Shown here: positions 38,120 through 44,385 of the stretch, piece after piece
Numbering within the stretch: the stretch's first letter is position 1
How the letters are laid out: every line of letters starts with the position of its first letter
IMG/VR virus record: IMGVR_UViG_3300036975_000082
Span: 1-44,385 of that record
Source of the DNA: a virus
Lineage: Duplodnaviria; Caudoviricetes
Reading direction: 5' to 3' (one strand)
Length of the DNA: 44,385 nt
Notes under the pieces: generated by a model
Databases searched by the model: none
What the model saw: only the letters and a program-made list of their open reading frames with translations
Told to the model about the DNA's origin: nothing
Translations under genes and position numbers: made by a program

Positions 38120-38760
38120 AGCGACAGCTCCCCAGTCAACCTGATGCCACGCCTCGTGGCCAACTCAATGAAAGCAGATCGAAATTCGAGCTCGGCCTGC
38201 TCCGGCGACCAACCCTCGATCGCCAGATCATAGGGCAAAACGCTGTCGGGCAGGGACCAAGGCTGCGGAAGAGGTCCCATAACCTGTAGGCGCTCGGTCT
38301 GCAGCATGCGCAGATCCGCCTCGTTGATGGCGCTGTCCACCCATCCGCCGCTCTTGAGGTTCCATTTTTTATTCACAGCTGCTTGCATACGATTCTTGAG
38401 AATGGCCACCGGATCGGCATGCATGCCGTGTTCCAAACAGATGCACTGCACGGCCACAACGACAGGCCGTGTGATGTCCCCTATTATATATTCGTGGGCA
38501 TCATGCATCAGGAACTCCAGCGCAATGGCATCAGTAACCATTCTGGATCCGAGTACGCAATGCTCCGCCACGGTAATGGCGGGATCGCCTCCGCCTGCAT
38601 AGCGCACGATCCTGGACAGGTGCCTGCTGATGTCCAAGAACCCTATTGTCCTGGGATCAGGATCCAACAGGTTGATCACCGCCCCGTGATGAGTCTGCGA
38701 CCACGTTTCCTTGTTAGCTCCTTCAAGCTTTGCTCCTAAGAACGTCTTTGAATCATGCAT
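38116..38760 (-). CDS. HD-domain phosphohydrolase (YfbR/YfdR-like deoxynucleotidase)
   Basis: LSR..RY.G, VAEH, LMHDAHE..IGDI..P and ADL.ML. Confidence 0.87.
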   Translation of the reverse strand: MHDSKTFLGAKLEGANKETWSQTHHGAVINLLDPDPRTIGFLDISRHLSRIVRYAGGGDPAITVAEHCVLGSRMVTDAIALEFLMHDAHEYIIGDITRPVVVAVQCICLEHGMHADPVAILKNRMQAAVNKKWNLKSGGWVDSAINEADLRMLQTERLQVMGPLPQPWSLPDSVLPYDLAIEGWSPEQAELEFRSAFIELATRRGIRLTGELSL

Positions 38761-40657
38761 TCCTGGGCCTCCATGGGACGAGCATGCCGTCCCTATATAC
38801 AGGTTTCGCCTTCTTGTACCATCGCCACATCAGACACGGCTCGGCCTGTGTAGGACAATGGGTAATCCATCTGTTAGCGGTGGTCTCCATTATATTCTGT
38901 ATTTCCATGGCACATACATGCGCCGCCTGCGGCTCGGCAGGCACCTCGACAATCGCCTCATCATGCGGAAAATTGACTACCCTGCATTGATGTCTGTAGA
39001 GAACCGATTCGCAATCCGCGTAGCATGCACGGATCAGCATATACAGCGCCGCTAGTGCCGCATCCGATGCCAGGCCTTGAAAGAACGTGTTAGATCTTAC
39101 CGTATAGGGTATGCCCGCACGCAGCCTACCACTGTAGATATGAGTGACGGTAGCCAGCTGGCCGCCACCGGCCATGGCACGGATCCAATCGAAGTATCCC
39201 TGCATGTCCGGCCATGTCCTATGATAGATCTTGATCAACCATTGGGCTTTAATCAAATCAAACTCCACCTTGTAGTTGGCCTTAGCGTAGCGCATCAGGC
39301 CCTGGGCCCCCATGCCTCCAGCCAAACCGAAGTTGACCGGCTTGCTCACCTGCCGGGCATCATCGACATCCGGATCATCTTTGCGCTGTTTCGCCTCTTC
39401 ATAGGAGATCCCCAGCACGTTGGCGGCCATCATCAGGTGCGCATCCTGGCCGCGGTTCAGCGCATCACCTAACGTGCTGCGGCCAAAGACATGGTACTGC
39501 ACCTCGGCGAGCGTGTGCAGCTCGAGCTGTGAAAAGTCGCATGCGCAATACAGTCTGCCTTCCCTGGGTGCGTGACATTCGCGTGCACCGCCCTTGCGTC
39601 CCCAATTCTGCGCATTGTGCCCTATGCCCGAGTCCTTGTCCTTTTTAGAGCTCGTCCTTCCTGTTGTCTTGAGAGAATCAAAATAAGGATGCATGGGCAT
39701 GGTAGTGCCTTTTTCTAGTGCCCTGCAGTCCTTTGACAACGTGCTCTGTAGCCTTTGGTAATCGGACACCAGGCTCAGCAGGATGTCTCCGCTGTCATTG
39801 CACGTGTCCTCATTGATCTGCGGATACCTGCCGCTTTCCGTCCTTGGACAACCTGGCCACAGGGCGAGCATCCTGTCACGTATCGCTTTGATATTGCGGC
39901 TTCCATCCGCCCTAACTAAACCCTCGTGTTCCAGCACGATGTGCACGAGCTCCAGTTCCTGCTCGGTCCTTTCGCGCAGCAGCCGCACGGCCTCGTCGTC
40001 CGTGCGCATGCCCCATGCATGCACGCATCTCAATGCAATGTCATGACTAGCTTGCCGATGCCTGTCCACTAACAACCTGCCGTCATGCCGCCTGTCGATG
40101 TTCTCGTGCAAATCGTGAATAGGCCTGAGAATGACTGAGTCCTTGAGCGCATATCCCTTGGATCTGTCGGGCCACTTGCTCAGAGGCACCTTCCAGAACT
40201 CCCCAAAGCCCTCGCGCACCTCCTTGTCCTTGTCGAGCTCCTCGCCGAGCAGCCGCCTTGCCAGGACGCCAAGCTTGTACTCGCGCAGAACTAGCTTTCC
40301 ATTGCGATTCGGGATCTTGATGTCACCAGTACCTATGTCTATCAGCTTCTGATCTAATGCCGTATCGATGATTCCATTGGCATCATAGGCGTCAAACACC
40401 AGCGGTATCAGATCGGGATTGTCCGCCATGATACAACACATGTCATAGGCTACGACATGTCCGAGGATCAGCAGCCCGCCGGCAACGGCTTCCTCGAGAT
40501 AGGCTACAATCTGCATCTTGTGATTACGCTCCCACGCAGGCTCCAGCCAGTTGCCGTTGCCGTCGGCAAATGACGACACGACAACCGGCGGAGCCATGCG
40601 GCCCGGGCGAAAAGGAAATGTCTCCGTGTCCCAGGCAATGTAGGGCCGGTTGATCAT
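38753..40657 (-). CDS. Family A DNA polymerase with a 3'-5' exonuclease domain
   Basis: DTET Exo I, YD Exo II, YA..D Exo III, TGRTSS, DFSQLE (motif A), R...K..NFG (motif B) and HDE (motif C). Confidence 0.95.
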   Translation of the reverse strand: MINRPYIAWDTETFPFRPGRMAPPVVVSSFADGNGNWLEPAWERNHKMQIVAYLEEAVAGGLLILGHVVAYDMCCIMADNPDLIPLVFDAYDANGIIDTALDQKLIDIGTGDIKIPNRNGKLVLREYKLGVLARRLLGEELDKDKEVREGFGEFWKVPLSKWPDRSKGYALKDSVILRPIHDLHENIDRRHDGRLLVDRHRQASHDIALRCVHAWGMRTDDEAVRLLRERTEQELELVHIVLEHEGLVRADGSRNIKAIRDRMLALWPGCPRTESGRYPQINEDTCNDSGDILLSLVSDYQRLQSTLSKDCRALEKGTTMPMHPYFDSLKTTGRTSSKKDKDSGIGHNAQNWGRKGGARECHAPREGRLYCACDFSQLELHTLAEVQYHVFGRSTLGDALNRGQDAHLMMAANVLGISYEEAKQRKDDPDVDDARQVSKPVNFGLAGGMGAQGLMRYAKANYKVEFDLIKAQWLIKIYHRTWPDMQGYFDWIRAMAGGGQLATVTHIYSGRLRAGIPYTVRSNTFFQGLASDAALAALYMLIRACYADCESVLYRHQCRVVNFPHDEAIVEVPAEPQAAHVCAMEIQNIMETTANRWITHCPTQAEPCLMWRWYKKAKPVYRDGMLVPWRPRNA

Positions 40658-41382
40658 TGCCCGCCGGAGAACTCCTCGGGCCTGTAGGGCCGCCATTTAT
40701 GAGCCGTGACCTGTCCTCCCTTTTTTGTGCCGGCAGGCGCCGTGTCCAGGCGCACCAACTTGCCCATCAGCGGATTGGCCGGGCTGATCGCCAGCTCTGC
40801 CGCGGCAACGGCGCTCTGCTCATTCGGGAAGGCTTGTCTGAGCGCATCCTTGTCATAGGGATCGATGCCATTGCATGCACCAATGAACCCCTTGAGGCGT
40901 CCCTTCCACCCTTCCCAGGAGCAGGATTGGTACCAATTCCAGGACGTACCGGCTTGCACGGCGGGATTGCCGGACCAGACGATCTTGAAGTCCACGATCA
41001 CGGAGTTGCTTTGCCTGCCTTGATTGAAAAAGACACGCTCTATCTCCGCTACGTATGTCGCCACGGTCAACGGCAGGTAGTTGCCTGTCTGCGATGGATC
41101 CTCGCTGCCCATGCCGTCGAATATGCTCCCACCGCCACCGGCAAAGGGCTGGCCGTACTGCGACGGGTAGCCGAGCTGCGCCGGTGGCTGCGACGGGTAG
41201 CCGGGCTGCGCCGGCGGCTGCGTCGGATAGCCGGGCTGCGCCGGCGGCTGCGTCGGGTAGCCGGGCTGCGCCGGCGGCTGCGTCGGGTAGCCGGGCTGCG
41301 CCGGCGGCTGCGTCGGGTAGCCGGGCTGCGCCGGCGGCTGCGTCGGATAGCCGGGTTGATTGGGATACATAGGATTGTGCAT
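40654..41382 (-). CDS. Putative ssDNA-binding protein with an N-terminal PGYP/Q repeat region
   Basis: Between helicase and polymerase genes; beta-rich aromatic C-terminal domain; low-complexity N-terminus. Confidence 0.6.
   Translation of the reverse strand: MHNPMYPNQPGYPTQPPAQPGYPTQPPAQPGYPTQPPAQPGYPTQPPAQPGYPTQPPAQPGYPSQPPAQLGYPSQYGQPFAGGGGSIFDGMGSEDPSQTGNYLPLTVATYVAEIERVFFNQGRQSNSVIVDFKIVWSGNPAVQAGTSWNWYQSCSWEGWKGRLKGFIGACNGIDPYDKDALRQAFPNEQSAVAAAELAISPANPLMGKLVRLDTAPAGTKKGGQVTAHKWRPYRPEEFSGGQ
41158..41355. repeat. 30-bp coding tandem repeat (AQPGYPTQPP, about 6.5 copies)
   Basis: Unit GGTAGCCGGGCTGCGCCGGCGGCTGCGTCG. Confidence 0.95.
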
Positions 41383-41413
41383 GATCTGTCCTTTACCTTG
41401 TCCGCGTTGCGGA

Positions 41414-43252
41414 TCATTTTTTCCACATGGGATCGCCGCTGACCTGCAGCGCCCTCACTTCCGTATCGGTGGGCATGCCGATCCAATCGGCAAGCAGCAA
41501 TTTGCTGTCGTCTACTGTAGTGTCCTTGGCAAACGTCTCATCCTTTCGCGCCTGTCTCCATCCCTCCCATTGCTCCAGGCAAGCCACAACAGCGTGGACT
41601 CCCACTTCATCTGCCTCTTGTCCCTCTCTGTGCGTCCTGCCTATCAGTTGATGACAGGTACTCCCCTTGGGCTCGACACTGATTATAAGGTTGCTGTGCC
41701 ACATGTGCTGCAAGTTGCGGCCCTCGCAGTTGCTCTGGACGCTGGCTATGACATGCTCAGGCCTATCCAGCCGTTCAATGTGCCGGCCGCTACTGTCTTT
41801 CCCCTCTCGTTGGAAGTAAGGCAAGCCGAGATCCTTGGACAGTTTTTTACCAAAAGGTACATCGTCCGTCCACACGATTGTCGGATCTTTGCCATCCAGC
41901 CATTCCCCGCACCATTTGATCAGTGTATCGTCTATCCACACGGGCACGCTGTTGGGTTTGAATGTGTCGCGCACCTTGATCCATTCATTGTATTCTTTCG
42001 ACTGCAAACGGCCTTTCTTTATGGCGAGCACTACCTGGAAAGGTGTGTCGATGTCCTTATATCTGCGGCTGCGAATGTCGCGCACGAATCGATGCCACTC
42101 CCTTCTGGCGTGAAGCCAGTCCTCCGGGGGTCGTGGATCCCAAACATTGTAGAAGCCACACACCAAATCCCGTGCGTGCCTCCAAAGATCCATAGGCTCG
42201 GAAAACAGGTGCCCGTCTGGTGTCTCCCATTCCGTACGAAGTTTTTCAAATGCGGGCCACGTCGCAGGACCGGGAATCGGCCTTTCGATCTCCAGTACAA
42301 TAGGTATCTCCAGGCCCTTAGGCTCCACCGCCACGACCCCGGGAGTGGACACAAGTCTTCTCCGGTAAGCCTTGCGCACCACAGACAACGCATTGGAAGG
42401 GGATTGATCCTGGGCCAACGAATCCAGCTCCTCGCCATTACACAACGCAAGCAAAGCACCGGGTGCCATGCGTGCACCCTCCGGCACCTTCTCGTCGATA
42501 GCCATCATCCATTCTTGCAATGGACCATGGCGCAAAGGCATGGGGCATCTCTGGCCCAATGACCATTTCGCAAGATGCGCATACTCCTTGAGTGATCTGG
42601 ATGATATTCTACCCGACATGAAGCACGCACGCGTCTCGGAATTCTCCCTGCGCCAGCGCATCAGTTTTCGTGTCACACCCGCATCAGTGTTTTTCAACCA
42701 ATGACATTCGTCTGCTATTATCAACCTGGGACCAATCTCCTTCAACCTTTCCCAACCGCCACTTACGCTTATTTTTTGATAGGACAGGATTTGCGGCTCC
42801 ACTGCATTCCAATGCAGCCCAAGGTCCTCGAAATCCATGTGCGTTTTGCCGACAAGCTTTGCCGGCACCAGTAATAGGGCCGGCAATAATCCGGTAACAA
42901 TAGGCAATAGCAGGCTTATGAGAGTTTTCCCTTTGCCTACCGGTATTGGCAAGAGTGCACCACCGAAGTCGTGCATATCAGCAAGAGCTTGAGCTTGATG
43001 CGCCCACAGCTCCATGGCGCCGCCGGGTGTCCGCAGCATCATGGTCAGGCCAAGACGCAAGTTTTCCAATTCTGGATTGTCTTGCCATGTGCGCGCGGGC
43101 AGCCACAGAACACGCTCCAGCTCGGCGTCCCTCTGCACACCTTGCCGGCGAAATGTCCTTGCCAGACGGCCCGGGCCACACGCAAGATTCTCCCTGCGCA
43201 GGCCCGAGTCGACCAGCATCTTTGACAGCGCATCCTGCATCTGCTGGGGCAT
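41414..43252 (-). CDS. SF2 (SNF2-like) DNA helicase
   Basis: HQ, VGKGKT, IADECH, MSG, EGRNLQ and QLIGRTHREGQ. Confidence 0.9.
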   Translation of the reverse strand: MPQQMQDALSKMLVDSGLRRENLACGPGRLARTFRRQGVQRDAELERVLWLPARTWQDNPELENLRLGLTMMLRTPGGAMELWAHQAQALADMHDFGGALLPIPVGKGKTLISLLLPIVTGLLPALLLVPAKLVGKTHMDFEDLGLHWNAVEPQILSYQKISVSGGWERLKEIGPRLIIADECHWLKNTDAGVTRKLMRWRRENSETRACFMSGRISSRSLKEYAHLAKWSLGQRCPMPLRHGPLQEWMMAIDEKVPEGARMAPGALLALCNGEELDSLAQDQSPSNALSVVRKAYRRRLVSTPGVVAVEPKGLEIPIVLEIERPIPGPATWPAFEKLRTEWETPDGHLFSEPMDLWRHARDLVCGFYNVWDPRPPEDWLHARREWHRFVRDIRSRRYKDIDTPFQVVLAIKKGRLQSKEYNEWIKVRDTFKPNSVPVWIDDTLIKWCGEWLDGKDPTIVWTDDVPFGKKLSKDLGLPYFQREGKDSSGRHIERLDRPEHVIASVQSNCEGRNLQHMWHSNLIISVEPKGSTCHQLIGRTHREGQEADEVGVHAVVACLEQWEGWRQARKDETFAKDTTVDDSKLLLADWIGMPTDTEVRALQVSGDPMWKK

Positions 43253-43254
43253 TC

Positions 43255-44385
43255 CTAAAACGGGACGTCGTCGTCCATCCTACCGCGTAGGTACTGTGCA
43301 GCTGCCTGATATCCCTGCGAGACGAGCTCCAGGATCTTGATTGCGTCTGGAATCGACAGCGGCAACGCAGGCGCATTGGCCGGAGGCGGCCCAGGAGGCT
43401 GTGGAGGCTGCACAGCCGGCTGCTGCGGAGGCGGAGGCGCCTGCGGCAGCTGCATGGGCATCTGCGTTGGAGGCTGCTGGGGAAAACCCTGCGTGATCGG
43501 CACCTGATGGTAGACAGGTTGTGCTGCCGGAGGACCGCCGTATTGGCCCTGTGCCGACATCGCTGCCTGCGTCTGTTGCTGCACCGGAGGTGGCTGCTGC
43601 ACCGGAGGTGGCTGCTGCACCGGAGGTGGCTGCTGCACCGGCACCGGCCCGACAGACTCCGGCGGGTTGACAGGTTGTGCCGGGAGCGACTGACCGGTGG
43701 CCTGCAGGTGCGCTGCCACCTTCTCCTGCAACGACATTTCACGTGGTTTGTTCTCTGTCATGATCAAACCAAACCTTTCTTGCGGCGTCATGCCGCATCC
43801 ATTGCCCATATACGGACATCCACCATACTGGTTGCATGCGTCACGCGGAGGCATGTCCTCCGGACGCACCCTCTGCTCTATCGCGAGCACCATCCTTTGC
43901 GCCACCTCGCACACCAGGCCAAACCTGTCGGCCACATGCTCGAGGCTCATCTCGAAGTCCACCGGCCTGGCAGGCCTGGGCTTGCTTTTTGTGCGCAGGC
44001 CGTACAACCATCTGCAATGCACCTTCAACGAGGAAAACTTTTGCAGTGCAAATGCCGCATAGATCACAGCCTGCACGTCCTCCAACAGATCATCCCTGGA
44101 TTTCATCCATCGGAAGTTGCTGCCTGTGATCTTGGTGTCCTCTATCCACGGTATGCCGTCAGGCTGCAGCTGCAGGCAGTCTATCGCACCTCGCAACGCG
44201 AATGGCTGCCGAATGGGCAGCCATTCAAACGGAAACTCGGGCAGCGCCAAACCAGGGGAGGGCAGCCACTTGATCAACGTCTGCGCCACACGGCCCGTCG
44301 GCGTGTCCGGCGGCGCAATGCCTGCTTTAAGCCACTTGTCCTGATGCTTGTGCACCTTTTTGCCGAAATCTCTAGGCCCATCTTC
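43255..44385 (-). CDS. PD-(D/E)XK exonuclease (Cas4/RecB-like) with a P/Q-rich C-terminal tail; 5'-truncated
   Basis: RGAID...IEDTK, Q..IYA and C..YGGCPY...C; the frame stays open past 44385 (EDGPRDFGKKVH...). Confidence 0.85.
   Translation of the reverse strand, partial: EDGPRDFGKKVHKHQDKWLKAGIAPPDTPTGRVAQTLIKWLPSPGLALPEFPFEWLPIRQPFALRGAIDCLQLQPDGIPWIEDTKITGSNFRWMKSRDDLLEDVQAVIYAAFALQKFSSLKVHCRWLYGLRTKSKPRPARPVDFEMSLEHVADRFGLVCEVAQRMVLAIEQRVRPEDMPPRDACNQYGGCPYMGNGCGMTPQERFGLIMTENKPREMSLQEKVAAHLQATGQSLPAQPVNPPESVGPVPVQQPPPVQQPPPVQQPPPVQQQTQAAMSAQGQYGGPPAAQPVYHQVPITQGFPQQPPTQMPMQLPQAPPPPQQPAVQPPQPPGPPPANAPALPLSIPDAIKILELVSQGYQAAAQYLRGRMDDDVPF
43577..43641. repeat. 18-bp coding repeat (PPPVQQ, about 3.5 copies)
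   Basis: TGCTGCACCGGAGGTGGC units. Confidence 0.9.

Noticed and set aside
38116-38760. DatZ / Z-genome system
   Set aside because: No PurZ or MazZ in the window; the protein fits the common YfbR/YfdR-like phage hydrolases.
43255-44385. cas4 as evidence of a CRISPR-Cas locus
   Set aside because: Stand-alone Cas4-like exonucleases are usual in phage replication modules; no other cas genes are present.
44340-44385. Window ends joining as a circular genome
   Set aside because: The left edge ends mid-repeat and the right edge starts mid-nuclease with no terminal overlap, so sequence is missing.

Overview
This is a GC-rich segment of a tailed dsDNA phage with a short contractile tail (myovirus-type). 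Genes are truncated at both edges and no integrase, tRNA or CRISPR array was seen. (i) 1-3.9 kb, minus strand: a hexapeptide-repeat beta-helix gene that the ORF track missed and a primase-helicase. (ii) About 4.0-4.3 kb: an AT-rich divergent control or ori region with direct repeats. (iii) 4.3-33.1 kb, plus strand: RHH regulator, dCMP deaminase, ParB-like protein, Vsr, terminase, portal, MuF, DUF2213 protease/scaffold, decoration protein, major capsid, neck, sheath, tube, chaperone, tape measure, baseplate, beta-propeller fibres, three signal-peptide proteins and an amidase-holin-spanin-like lysis cassette. (iv) 33.0-44.4 kb, minus strand: early/replication arm with small ORFs, two wHTH genes, RuvC-like resolvase, HD hydrolase, family A DNA polymerase, SSB-like protein, SF2 helicase and PD-(D/E)XK nuclease. 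The best non-obvious signals are a complete type II hammerhead ribozyme between two early genes (36510-36573, minus), a recurrent palindromic operator inside sigma70-like promoter spacers next to two wHTH-only genes, and a trio of apparently exported Cys-rich proteins in the tail-fibre module. All family calls come from recognising motifs by eye; no database search was run.
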